DNA of 64,000 bases. Source: Lytechinus pictus. Taxonomy: Eukaryota. A program made the position numbers and the translations under genes. The notes under the pieces were generated by a model that did not search any database, was not told the DNA's origin, and saw only the letters and a list, made by a program, of their open reading frames with translations. Shown piece by piece: positions 24,111-37,426 of this stretch. Numbering within the stretch: the first letter of the stretch is position 1; each line of letters opens with the position of its first letter. Location of the stretch: NCBI RefSeq assembly GCF_037042905.1, contig NC_087251.1, positions 1,798,001 through 1,862,000 on the forward strand, read 5' to 3'.

Positions 24111-25757
24111 ATGGAATACATAAATTACATATGGAAAAAAAAAGAAAAGAGATACTAGACCTCAAAACCCCAGACAAAGCAAGAGAAAGTAAAATACGAA
24201 TAAAGGGGAGGGAGAGGCAAATATAAAAATCACTGCACTAAATTGGAAAAAGTTGATTGTCTCCATGTGTGAATATGCACGTGATAGACTAGCGTGTGAG
24301 GTTTTGTCAGAGTTCATATACCGTAATATCTTTTTTGAAGCAATTTCACATCTTTGTCATCAACTTAAATTAATTTACAAAAAAAATACTAATTTGTTAT
24401 TCTTACCAATGGAAGTGAATAAGTGATAAACGGAAGTACCTGTTCCTTATCCAAACGCTATATGTCGAATTCGTTATGACCGTTGTACATCAATGTGATA
24501 ATATTAATGTATCGTTTACTATGTGTGTAAATATAATACACATATACTACCTATCAAAGGTGAAATGTTGTGATCGTTGGACTATGATACGTCAATGGTA
24601 TACAATCAGAATGATTGATATAATCAATAAATGAATCTTCAAGGATCTATGGAACAAAGGGTGCTGGAGAGAAGCAGATCGAGGATAGGGTGGGGGGGGG
24701 TCTTACCCTCGGGGCCAACTCAGTGTGGAAGGGAAGGGGTATACAATCTCGTTATACATGAAACATGAATTGTCTGCAAACTCACATAGGGCTATGACGT
24801 CATTTCCTAAACTATAGACCAAGTGAGAAAATATGCTATTTTATCTAAGTTCGGTATCCCCATATCAGAATGGCATTCCAGTGATGTTTTATCCAGTGAA
24901 ACTATAACCGCCCTTTCACACGGTAAAAAAAAATCGTAATTTGAATGTTGATTCCAGTAAAATATAAGGCTAATGACGAATTTTTAGCAAGTGTGAAACC
25001 AAACTAAAGTGACGAACGCTAATCACAATCACGAATTCAAATTCTACTCTGGAGGTGAATTCCAGTTAAGTTTCACTCAAATTACGGTAAGAGTTTTCCG
25101 TGTGAAAGGTCCGATGATTCTAAAGACGAATTGCAATCATCATTACAATGATGATTCAAGATTCACGTATGAAAATGCCCTAAGAATTTTGTACCGTGGT
25201 GTGAAGTGAACTCGATCATTTTTTTTACCCCCCCCCTCCCGTGAAGCTTACACTCTTGTTGGAAATTCAATCAAAATTAACTCACCACAATTTATTTGTT
25301 GGCTCATTTACTTGTGCGAAAAATAAAGTTGAAGTTGAAAAGGAGTATCAAATCCCTCCATTTCAATTTAAAAGTGCAGAAGTGGCTTCATGTTCGCTAA
25401 GTCTCTTCGACAAAAATATTATTCATCAACCCAAACTCCCAAAAGTTCTATGTACGACCCTTATTGCCTCCAAAAATTGATGAAAGTACGCCTTTCTCAC
25501 CCCCCAAAAAGGTGACCCCTGGGACGTTTGCCCCATTTTGCTTTTGGCGCACCTACCCATCATGACCCATTGTAGATAACACATTTGTAGTGAGGAAATA
25601 TGTAGTAATTCATACGCTAGAAAAATATTCTATACATAGCAAATACGTTACAAGGTTTATCTGGTTAGAAGAATAAAACAAAAGAGGGGCTTTTGGGCTA
25701 AGCAAGAGCTTTTTATTTTCATAAAATGAAATTGGGCCAAGGATTGTAGGCCATTAA

Positions 25758-26327
25758 CGGACAAGCCCATCCCAACAAAAAGCTTATTTGAATAGAAAGA
25801 GAAAAATCAAACGAGCATAACACTGAAAATTTCATCAAAATCGGATATAAAATAAGAAAATTATATCATTTTAAAGTTTCGCTTAATTTCTCAAAACAGT
25901 TATATGCACATCCTGTTCGGTATGCAAATGAGGGGACCGATGACATCACCCAATCACTATTTCTTTTGTATTTTTATCATAATTTTTATGAAATATGAAA
26001 TATTTTGATTTTCTCGTCATTGTCATGTGAAACAGAGTTTGATTCCTCCCTCAACTTGTGGAATTCCATTATTTTAACATTTTGTGGTTCAAGCAAGGGG
26101 GTCCTAATTGTCAAAGTCGTAAAAAATGAAATGTTGTATAATTCAAACAATAACAAGCAAAATAAAAGGGAGTGAGTGACATCATCGACTCTCTCATTTG
26201 CATATCACTGAGTTGAGCATTAAATTGGCATAACTTTTTTTATTTTACATCCGTTATTTTCAACGTTATTCATGTTTGATTTTTCTCTATTTATTTAAAT
26301 CAACTTTTTATGGGGTGGACTTGATCT
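25758..26327. mobile_element. Kolobok-like MITE, copy 3 (more diverged)
   Basis: Aligns by eye to 9735-10329; TTAA at 25754-25757 and end GGGGTGGACTTGATCT. Confidence 0.78.
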
Positions 26328-27190
26328 TAAAAGGTTAACTTCAATTTAGGCCTACCATCATTGACTATAGCAATATATAAATTGATGATACTTCTCTTGA
26401 CTCCTCGCCTATAGGCCTATGTTTGGTACGTTGTGCTAGGTGCATGGACTATACTTAATTACAAAATGACACATTAGGTAACATGTAACTAGTACTAATG
26501 ACTACTTCTCAAGCCCGTAGACGAGGGGGGGGGGGGTCTAAGGGTGCGATCGAATTTCCTTTAAAAAATCTAAAAGAAAGAAATAAAATTGGGGAGGAAA
26601 AGAAGAAGAGAGATGGGAACAGAAGGATAAAAAGAAGCGAAGAGGAGAAAGGGAAGAGAAGAAAAAGATAAGAAGAGAAGAAAGAGAAGAGAAGAAGTAA
26701 GAAGGGAAAAGAGAGAAGGGATGAGAAAAGAAGAAACATTTTAAAGCTATAGTGGGGGGGGGTCGAGAAAAAAAATAGGCCTATAGAATTGACCGTCGAG
26801 GTTCGCGCGTAATGCATATACCTGAGCCTGAGGCTGTTCTCACTACGTTCCTAAAACTACACTGTTGGTCATAAAGGTGGAATATTTCTTTTCACCAAAT
26901 TTTCACAGCGTATTTATAACAACATGATTTGAATATGGCCTTTATGGTGCATGATAACCACTTTACTTTATTATTCTGCCTTTTATACACGTTTGACAGT
27001 GATATTTTACAAGTTTATCTCCTAAGCGATGGATGTCATGAGCATAGAACAACAATGACGACAATATACAGTAAATTAAAGGATCATGATATATTTATTT
27101 TCAATCTCTCTCAGTATTCCAGATGACTTCTTTTTTGTGATTTCATGGACAAATTTGTATCAAACTTGAGTCATTGTTCTTACTCAGTCA

Positions 27191-27588
27191 CTAGTATCGG
27201 GTATGTCCACCCCTGGCACGAACCAGCGCATGCAGACGTCGTGGCATGCTGTCCACTAGCTTGTTGATGACGTCAACAGGCATAGCGTCCCATTCTTCCC
27301 TCAGAGCATCTGCCAACTCCTGCAGATTTTGAAGAATGACCTCTCTGTCGTTGATGGCTCGGCCTAGGGCATCCCATGCATGCTCTATGGGGTTCATATC
27401 CGGCGAACAAGCTGGCCATGGCAACTGTACGACGCCCTCTGCCTCCAGGAATTCCCTTACTGCAGCGGCCCTGTGCGGTCTAGCGTTGTCATCCTGCAGT
27501 CGGAAATTGTGCCCATACACTCGTTTTGCATATGGAAGACAGTGGAACTCCAAGATATCCCTGTAGGCGGCGTTGACGGTTCCGTCCG
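27191..27588 (-). pseudogene. Tc1 transposase C-terminal piece
   Basis: PDGTVNAAYRDIL...QDDNARPH...WPACSPDMNPIEHAW...RGGHTRY-stop; 34 residues between the second D and the E. Confidence 0.92.
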
Positions 27589-27590
27589 GA

Positions 27591-29087
27591 CCCAGGACCA
27601 AAATCCAATTGAAACCAGTTGGATTTCCAACTGGTTTCAATTGGTTTCAATTGGTTTCAACTGGTTTCAATTGGTTTTAACTGGAATATAACAATTTCCA
27701 ATTGAAACCAGTTGGGCAACTGGAAATCCTAACTGGAACCAGTTGGGTAACTGGAAATGACTTCCAACTGGAAATGATTTCTAACTGGAACCAGTTGGGT
27801 AACTGGAAATCCTAACTGGAACCAGTTGGGTAACTGGAAATCCTAACTGGAACCAGTTGGGTAACTGGAAATGACTTCTAACTGGAAATGATTTCTAACT
27901 GGAACCAGTTGGGTAACTGGAAATCCTAACTGGAACCAGTTGGCTAACTGGAAATGACTTCCAACCGGAAATGATTTCTAACTGGAACCAGTTGGGTAAC
28001 TGGAAATCCTAACTGGAACCAGTTGGGTAACTGGAAATGACTTCTAACTGGAAATGAGTTCTAACTGGAACCAGTTGGGTAACTGGAAATCCTAACTGGA
28101 ACCAATTGGGTAACTGGAGATGACTTCTAACTGGAAAGGTGATTAACTGGAAATTAATTATAATTGGAACTTGTTGGGTAACTGGAAATCCTAACTGGAA
28201 CCAGTTGGGTAACTGGAAATCCTAACTGGAACCAGTTGGGTAACTGGAAATGACTTCTAACTGGAAATGATTTCTAACTGGAACCAGTTGGGTAACTGGA
28301 AATCCTAACTGGAACCAGTTGGGTAACTGGAAATGACTTCCAACTGGAAATGATTTTTAACTAGAACCAGTTGGGTAACTGGAACCAATTGGGTAAATGG
28401 AGATGAATTCTAACTGGAAAGGTGATTAACTGGAAATTAATTCTAACTGGATCCTGTTGGGTAACTGGAAATCCTAACTGGATCCAGTTGGGTAACTGGA
28501 AATGACTTCCAATTGGTATCCAATTGGAAATTTTCCAGTTACCCAACTGGTTCCAATTGAAACCAGTTTATTTGCATATTATCTGCCAGTGTGCACAGAT
28601 TAATGGTTTATGTGATTCATCATCATTTAAAATTCAAGTACCATACTTGTTTCAGATAAGTGTTTAAAATGCTTAGCAGTGAAAACCATGTTCATAAATG
28701 TTATAGATTATAATTAAAACAGATTATAAGATAATTAGTACACCACTAACTGTTACCAAATTACATCAAATACAAATACATATATTTGAAGATCTCTCAT
28801 ATAAATTTATGTACATTAAGAATGTATATTTTATCAATGCCCTTTACATTGGTATTAATAAACATAAAGCACTGCTTCTTTGTTGGCATGAGCAATATAG
28901 TTAGTGCAAATTCTAATTAATTTGTAACTAATTAAGTCATTCCAACTGGAATTTCCAATTGGATCCAGTTGGAAACTAATTAGTTTCAACTGGTTCCAGT
29001 TGAAACCAGTTGCCTCCAATTGGTTTCAACTGGAACCAATTGAAACCAGTTGCCTCCAATTGGTTTCAACTGGTTTTTTGTCCTGGG
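27591..29087. mobile_element. Foldback/CACTA-like non-autonomous element with internal AACTGGAA satellite
   Basis: CCCAGGAC(C/A)AAAA..CCA.TTGAAACCA TIRs at both ends. About 850 bp of nested AACTGGAA-based repeats at ~27700-28560. The flanks read as a 3-bp GAC duplication. Confidence 0.8.
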
Positions 29088-30991
29088 ACACTACAGTCGA
29101 CCATTGATTAATACTGTTCTAATGAAAATGCAGGGGTTCTTATCACCTGGTTCTTACAATACCTGTTTTCTTTAATTAGGGCTAAAATAATTGAAACTGA
29201 CAAGGGAAACCCAACTATTGTTAATTCAAATCAAAGTTATTCAAAAATATTAATCAGATCTGGACTGGAGATAGGGGTCGCGAAGTTAGCCTTGAGCCCG
29301 TTGAGGACTCCATGATGATATTTTCAAATATTTTGACATATATAGCCATAGGACACATTAGAGTAATTCATCCGCGAGCAAAGCATGTCGTAAAGCAGGC
29401 GTAAGTAAAGATCACATGACTTTATTGATAAAAATAATTCATTAAAAACAGACAAAATGTTTGTACAAAATATAAATGATAGAAACAATGTCATGTTCAT
29501 ACTCTTTCATAATTAAGGCCCATGGGGAGGCTAGACTGCATTTTTGTATTTCATTTTAATTATTATTACCCACAATGCAGTTTGGGTTTTTCTGGCAATG
29601 AACTGGTCAAAATTATGGTTAGTCTTATTTCAAGCCATTTAACTTTTGATTGAGCTGGACAAGTACCCGATTGACATATCAAGTTTTAATGTACTGTTAA
29701 TTGTGACTAATGTCACTGATTTAAAGCAAAATCTATCGTACGTGGGATTGATTTTTGATGAGCTATCATGATTTAACACGTGAGTGAATGGGGGTCTGTA
29801 ATACTCATGTGACCCCTATACTTCATCATGGAGAGACACATCATAACAAAGATGGATTTCCCTAGGAAGTCCATCTTTGAGATCATAGAAATCACGTAAA
29901 TGTGTGTGATTTTATTTATTTTTACACCTTCATACACCTAATGATTTATGCGTGTGAAGGTTCCAAAAATTGGTTAATAAAAAGGTGAAAAATTGAAGGT
30001 TTCTTACCAGACCAATCTCGTGTAGATCCCTCGATCAGTTTGTCAACAAAGCAAATACAATAGGTCTGACCCTTGAACCGCTTCGTTATGACGTACATTA
30101 GATTAGCGATGTTACAAAATGTGGTTTTGAAGCTAGAACAATTTATAGATAAAAATTATTACATAACAAGTACTATAATTTAATAAGTGATTATAAATAA
30201 TTATTATGATAATAATTGTTTATAATGCATGTATTAAATTCCAAGTATTGAATTTTGATGGGTTTAAAGAAAAATGCTTAAAAAAAATCTCCACTGTCTC
30301 TTTATTCCAGTGCTTTTTATTCTAATAAACTTAAAAAACAAAGAACATTTTCTTGAATATGTTAGCCCTCTTGTGGCCAACATTGCGTAGGTAATATGAA
30401 GAATCAGCTTACATGCATCAGGAACGTGCCATGTGGCACTCATTTCCAAGGGGCCAACTATTTGGATAGTGACTTCATTTTGAATTAGCAAACACTGACA
30501 GATAAGCGAATGATTTCCTAGAGGGTTTTATCATTAAAATGAGAGATGAAAGGTCAAATAGGATGCAAGTGCCGGAATTTGGGGGTCCCCTATTGTAAAA
30601 TGTTTACAATGTAGGCCTTGCATGGACATTTTAAAGGCAGTATCCATGTCTATTTCGAACAATGAAATATGGATTTTCATTTTTTGATTAACTAACAATG
30701 TACTTCTTGCATGGACATGAATTCTAGTAGAGTGCTCGTCACTTTAAAGCCAGCTTTATCACAGCTACAATGTACTTTGAAAATTGCCAGCTCGGTCAAG
30801 TTAGTCATATCTTTATACGTTTATACCGTTTATACCGCATCTACTGGAAAAATACAGTTGTGTCTGCAGTCAAGTTTCCAGGTCTATCTTGTACTGTACA
30901 TTGTCTTCCTAGCTTGGATAAGTTGCTATCTGTGCTATTTGTGCTTTGCTGTGCCAATGCAGTAACTACTAATCCCATGCGTGAACATAAT

Positions 30992-31105
30992 AATAATAAT
31001 AATAACATTTGTAGGGCGCTTTATACTGGTGTTTCAAAGCGCACAGGTTGGCAGATTATAATAATATACAGTCAATCGGTCGGAAAAAAAGGGGGAAAAA
31101 AGGGG

Positions 31106-31139
<34 letters not shown>

Positions 31140-32640
31140 ATGAGAAAAGGTGAGCTTTAAGTGACGATTTGAAAATTTCTACGGAGGGAGCATTTTGGAT
31201 ATGAATTGGGAGTTTATTCCAGAGGGTGGGAGCAATTACAGAAAATGCACGATCACCATATCGGGTCTTAGTGCGAGGGCCATGAATTAAATTATTGGAA
31301 TATGATGAACGTAAGGATCTGACAGAAGAGGAAGAACGAAGGGAAATAAGGTCTTGGAGATATTTGGGTGACATATTATGGGTAATTTTGTATACAATGA
31401 GTAGAATTTTGAACGTTATGCGAGAGTGAACCGGAAGCCAATGAAGTGATCGGAGAATAGGGGTGATGTGTTCGTGTTTCTTGCTCAAGGTTACCATTCT
31501 CACTGCAGTGTTGAGGATTCGCTGGAGGGGAGAGATGGAAGAAATTGGGAGGCCGGCAAAGAGGGAGTTGCAATAGTCTAGATGGGATGAGACGAAGGCA
31601 TGAATGAGTTTTTCAGTAGAGGCTTGGTCGAGTAGTCGCCTGACCTTACCAATCCTAAATAAACCACATGATGCTGATTTGCAGATGTTCCTGATATGTG
31701 GCTGGAGGGTAAGGTGCTTGTCTAAAGTGACACCAAGGTCTTTGACAGAGTCAGACATCTTAAGTATGCCCTCTCCCATATTGAAGTCTGGCAGAGGCTC
31801 CGTAGCTCTAAATTGCGAAGAAAGATGTACCAGTTCTGATTTGGCTTCGTTGAGACAGAGTCTGTTCTTCGCTGACCAGACCTTGATGTCCTTGAGGCAG
31901 TCACTCAGTAGATTAACAGCATATGTCTTCTGGTCGGATGCCATGGATACGTAGATTTGCGTGTCATCTGCATACATGGCATAACTCACACCCCGATGGC
32001 TAGTGATAATTTTTGCGAGAGGACCAGTGTACAGAAGAAATAGGAGAGGGCCCACAACAGAACCTTGGGGGACTCCGCAGCTCAAAGCGAAAGGTGCTGA
32101 GAAAGTTCCATTGATAATCACCCGCTGAGTACGATCTTGCAGGTATGACTCAATCCAATTTAGAGCCGTTCCGGTAATGGAGTAGTCATGTGCAAGACGC
32201 TGGAGCAACACTGAGTGGTCTAAAGTGTCAAACGCCGCAGAATAGTCCAGTAGAAGGAGTGCAGCTTCGTTACCCTTGTCGACGGTAAGCAGTAGATCGT
32301 TGAGTACTTTCAAGAGAGCCGTTTCTGTTGAATGAAAGTTGCGATATGCTGACTGCTTCTCAGGAAGCAAATGATGACTGTCCACATAGCACATGAGCTG
32401 GGATGCGACGATTCTCTCCAAAACCTTGCTAACAAATGGCAGGTTGGCGATAGGGCGATAATTGCCAAAGTCATTCGGATCAAGATTGGGCTTTTTCAAC
32501 AGAGGAAGAACTAGTGATGATTTGAATGATTCAGGGACAACACCTGTTGTGAGTGATGAATTGATAATGTTTATGAGAAGCGGTAGAAGTTCATCAATAC
32601 AGTCTTTGAGCAACCAAGTTGGAAAAGGATCAAGACTGCA
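30992..32640 (-). mobile_element. L2-clade LINE, 5'-truncated, RT frame open
   Basis: ORF to 31138 with LLDYSAAFD, GVPQGSVVGP, YADD and LHWLP. The 3' end has a GCGCTTT...AAGCGC stem and a (TTA)n tail. A 9-bp TSD GAACATAAT lies at 30983-30991 and 32641-32649. Confidence 0.93.
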
Positions 32641-32967
32641 GAACATAATGCCACGCAGACCAAAACTTGTCTAGTTTTGTTTTACTAATCCGTTTCACAA
32701 AAGGTTTCCTAAATAGAATCCCTTGATATCAATACTATCGGCATTTGATGAGACGTAGCCTTGGTCACAAAATAGCATAATTTTCAAAAAGCAAAATTAT
32801 GATAAAACTGCAATTACATGTATGTGATGTGTTGGGAAATACATCCAATGAAAATAATAGCAAACTTAGGCCTAAATTACTCCATGCAGACTGGAGCATT
32901 CTATCGCTGAGAAAAATTAAATTATGAACAATTCATTTCATGACTATAAAATCACATGTGGACCGTG

Positions 32968-33783
32968 CAGTGGCGTAGCTAGGATTTTTTTCCTGGGGGA
33001 GGGGGGGGGGGGGCACTGGGGTCGGGGGTCCTTGCTTTTTAATGGGGGGGGGGTGGCACCTGTGTGTGTATGTGTCGCAGGGGCGGATCCAGCTTTCGCC
33101 AATGAGAAGGTGGGGCCGATCAGCCGCTCAAAGTTAATTTTTCTTTGTTTTAAGGGGTAGTCCTCACAGTAAATTCTTAGCTTTATTCTTATAAAACGAC
33201 ACAAATCTGAAATAATCTCATATGAGACCTGTATAAAAAGTGGGAGTGCAAAGCGCAAGCTAATTTTTTTGGAACTTTATGCATTTTGTAACATACTGAG
33301 CAATGTTTGTGATCCTGAATAAGATTTGTATGTAACTAGATAATTACCGTGAACGCCAAGCGTGAGTAGAAATTTTTAATAAACCTTCTGGTCTGATCAA
33401 AAAAGGGACCAGTTGAGGACTGTTTGCAGTTACCCATGAAGATGATACATATTTCAACAATTAAATTTTGACATTCCGACCCCCAAAAAAATTGTCATTC
33501 GAAGCACTTTTCTTAATCATAAAAGGGATAGGTATGCAAACAATTGATGAGAACGCAAAGCACAAGCGGAAGACAATTTAGATTTTAGACCTAAAAACGG
33601 GACACATACTCTATTCATGTTTTGTAAATCATGAAAGGATGGGTAATTGGGTATCTTCCTACATTAATAATGCAAACGTGAAGCACAAGCAGAAAATTAT
33701 TGATATTCTGATCTGAAACTGGATAATTTAATTTCAGGGGGGGCACCTTGGGGGGGCACACCAAATCTCAGGGGGGGGGCACG
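32968..33783 (+). mobile_element. hAT-like MITE, right end missing
   Basis: Begins CAGTGGCGTAGCTAGGATTTTTTTCC; same family as 37861-39147. Confidence 0.75.
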
Positions 33784-34169
33784 TTAGAGTTATGACGTTG
33801 TTGAGAAACGGGCCCCTGGATCCTTAACCCAAGATGCAACATTTTTATGTGTACACGTAGTCTTATATTTTGGAATAATTTTTTCCTTCTATTTGCATAT
33901 TTCCTTTAGGGAGAATTGAAATATGTACACACTGTATACTTCCGAAAATTCAAACATTAGTTTCCAATAAATTTGAAATTCACATTATACATTTTCAACC
34001 AAAATTCACAATATATTCCTGACTGTCTTGTGAAAGAGAACTTATGGCTTGGTTAGGGAACAATTTATGCAAAGCCAGAGGTATTATTAAAAGTTAAACT
34101 GCACAGCACAGCACATAGTATTATGCCCATCCAGACAATAATACATGCATCATATAATGACTTGATATA

Positions 34170-35072
34170 CAGTGCGTCCCAGAAAAAAGGAAACCGAGAT
34201 TCAGTGTAAATTTTTCCCATCATGATCATATATTTGCCTCATAAAATGTTGTATGTACATGAATAGAAAGATAAAGTTTCTCTTCTTTCATTTGAGACCC
34301 ATTCCAACAACGCACGCATGACTTAGTTAGAACAACGAAAAGGGGAGGTATCAAATTTTCATTTGCCTAAGCAAATTATGATTTTGAATGAGTTTTGCTG
34401 GTTTTTACTGCTATTTGGAAAAAAAATTTATAACTTCAATATCCATCTTTTCCTCTTCAAAATGAGACCTTATGCATGAAATATGAATGACGCATGGTCG
34501 AGAAAAAGCCTGTATTTTGCCGCTTTGTTGGGAATGCTCATTTTTCAATGATCCGCCCAACAGGTAGAAATCAAGCACATTGTGTTTTCATGCAACTTTT
34601 TCTTGACAATGCGTTAATCATATTTTTTGCACGAGGTCTCAAACGAAAGATGAAAAAATTAATTTTAAATTTATGAACTTTGTGTTCTGAGTACATATAG
34701 CAGTAAAAGCCAGAAAAATTCACTCAAATTTGATATTTGCTCGTGCAAATGGAAATTTGCTAGCACCACTTTCAATTGTTCTAACTCAGTCATGCATGCA
34801 TTACATTGAGATAGGCTTCAAATGAAATAGGGAATAATTCCTCAAAAGCTGTGTGCACCTGAACCGGTAGCCTAGCTTAGCCGGGTAATAATATTAGCAG
34901 GGCCCGCTGGGAGAACAGTTTTAGGAACTGAAGTGGCTACCCTGGGTAAATATGCCGTTATTATTATTATTAAGTGCATCTTTTAATTGATGTACATCTT
35001 ATAAAGCAAATTTGTAATTATGGTGGCAAAAATTACACTGAATTCTGGTATCCTTTTTTCTTGGACGCACTG
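34170..35072. mobile_element. Tc1/mariner-type MITE containing a SINE 3' end (~34840-34971)
   Basis: TA-CAGTGCGTCC ... GGACGCACTG-TA ends; the same end sequence occurs at window positions ~10-30. Confidence 0.78.
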
Positions 35073-35996
35073 TATGATGAAAATAAATTCAGTATGACAA
35101 TACTGTGACATCATGTGGAACCATTTGGAGTTTGGCAACTTGCTTTGGACCTTTTATCAAAAGATAAAAGAGTGTTGGAGCATATAATGCACAAATATAG
35201 CATTATCACTACATGTACATGTATGTTGGAACACTTAAGGGTGTGCTCAATGTCAATTTTTTAATTCAAATGGCAACATGAATCATGATTGAAAACTCAG
35301 TTACATGTACATTCCACAAAACACAGAACACTAACACGATCAGCGGGGCACTGTTCACTGTTGAAATTATAAAACTGATTATTTGTCGATCATCTTTCGT
35401 TAGCTTTAGTGCGCAGTTTGACCTGTTACAAGAAATGTCAATTCTGGCAGATGCTTTTGTAGGCTTCCACTGCGAGAGCAAATTTAATTTTTAAAGACAT
35501 TTCAAAATCGATTGTGTTTAATGCTGAAGATCGTAATCTGAGCTGACTGCGTTTACAAACGCATATTTTGCGACGTTTTAGATTTTCCTCCAAATCATGA
35601 TTTGTGAAAGACGTTTACTTTTATGACCCGGAATGTAGTACACACCCTTTGTTTCTCATATATCTGCGTTTTTGTACTCGTGTTTTAAGTTGCTGAAATT
35701 TGTCACACATTAAATCTCACATTGCATGAAATGAAAAATTCACATAAAAAAAGTTAACAAGTACTGTTGATTTTAAAATCAGAAATGTGGGAAAGAGGTA
35801 CATTTTACATTCTCTTTCATTTATGAAGAAGGAAATAAATATATCTGTAGATATATGGAAAGATTATTTCCTCTTCAACAGATTCCGAAGTCCAGAAAAT
35901 TTGTATCTGACCACCAGGCCAAATATTGGCCTTTCCCCTCTCCACTCTAAATGATAGTCATAAGGCTCTCTTCTGTAGTTAGTCGAGATAACATCT

Positions 35997-36270
35997 GGGC
36001 CCCATCTTACAAAGAGTTGCGATTGATCCGATCAATCGCAACTATGGACGGCCAGCAACGTCAACATATGAAATGCATGTTTGTTCAAAAAAATTTCTAG
36101 ATATGAATGTATATCCATAAAGTCATTGATTTCTTGACAATCTGGTATGTTCTCCTTTGTTTACAAAGGACATTTTTACAAATTTCCTGTAGAAGAAATT
36201 ATGACACTGATGGATTTCCATAGAGTTACGATTGATTGGATTTATCGTAACTCTTTGTAAGGCGGGGCCC
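35997..36270. mobile_element. Harbinger-like MITE
   Basis: GGGCCCCATCTTACAAAGAGTT ... AACTCTTTGTAAGGCGGGGCCC TIRs. Confidence 0.75.
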
Positions 36271-36302
36271 TGGAGTTCACTTTTTAAACTTCTGCATTTG
36301 TC

Positions 36303-37426
36303 GAACCACCAGTGGCGTTTTCCCTCCATAATGGATGCCGGCCCATATCATCACTGAGCCGCCTCCGCCTTGAGTCGTCTCGTAGATACATTCATCGACG
36401 AACTCGTTATTTCCCATCCTTTCGGTCAAGGATGAGCCGGCTCTCGTCCGTGAAGACCACGTACATGTTGCCAATGTCCTGGATGAAGCCTTCTGTGCTC
36501 CCTAGCCCAAAGAAGACGAGCTACTCTGTGGCGAACAGGCAGGCGTGGACATTTGGTCAACCGTCGTGTTCGGTAACCATGTTGGAGCAATCTGCGATTA
36601 ACGGTTGACCGGGAAACGTTTATCCCATGATATCTCCTCCACAAGCGACGAAGACGGCTCGTGGGCAATTTCCGGTTTCTGCGGCTGAAATTCAACAGTT
36701 GGCGATCATCTCTTCTTGTGGTCAACCTGGGACGTCCTGGAGATTTGCGTGGCCGCACATTCCCCGCCTCACGTTGACGTTTCAGGATCTTAGAGACTGC
36801 ACTCTGTGATATCCCTAGGACCCCGGGGGGGGGGGCACTCAGTATATAATGCATAGTGGGTATGTGCCGCGGAGGGGACCCCCATGTTTACACTCAAATT
36901 TCCGTTCCGAGGCATAGCATTTTTGTCTTATTGAGAAAAAGAACAAAGAAAGCCGCTCCAGAGCATAGCATTTTCTTCTTCTCGAGAAAAAAGAAGAAAA
37001 AAATCCGCTCCAGGGCTTCGCATATTTTCCGTTACGCCGTTCCGGTCGCAATTTTGGTGAAAAGCGGCCGCAGCTCGCTGTCCGACCATCGCCTCTGCGC
37101 TAGCGCGCCCGTCAGTCGTGCCGTCGAGCTAGCTGCACGTACGTTCCATAGGGATGCATACGCACTCGCACGCAGGCGACCCGTTCCAAGGACCCCCGTT
37201 TTCACAAACATTTGTAGTTCCGAAGCCCGTTCCGAGGACCCTCCTTTTTACTATGAGCCCGCTCCAAGGCCCCCGTTTTTTGTCTCGCCCGCGGCACACC
37301 CCTACTACTTTTTTGGTCGAGTGCCCCCCCCGGGCCTAGGACTTCTGCGATATCAATCTGCTTGTAGCCCTCCTGTCGCAGTGCTACCACTCTCTCGCGT
37401 GTTGCTGTTGCCGTTGGACCAGGCAT
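36303..37426 (-). pseudogene. Tc1 transposase N-terminal/middle pieces (interrupted, frameshifted)
   Basis: Reads MPGPT...IAEVLG, then the MITE, then ISQSAVSKIL...GRPRLTT...HWQH, a shift to VFTDESR, and GGGGSVMIWAGI...KTPLVV. Confidence 0.9.
36822..37334. mobile_element. MITE with 8-bp TSD inserted in the Tc1 transposase
   Basis: CCCGGGGGGGG..CACTC / GAGTGCCCCCCCCGGG TIRs and a perfect TSD CCTAGGAC (36814-36821, 37335-37342). Removing it restores AEVLGISQ in frame. Confidence 0.9.

Noticed and set aside
26509-26817. Hydrophobic F/L/S-rich ORF (also 37717-38122)
   Set aside because: Translation of purine/pyrimidine low-complexity tracts.
30711-31153. Small ORFs in the Tc1 cargo as a captured gene
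   Set aside because: No recognisable domain in the frames I translated, even after removing the LINE; kept only as part of the cargo finding.
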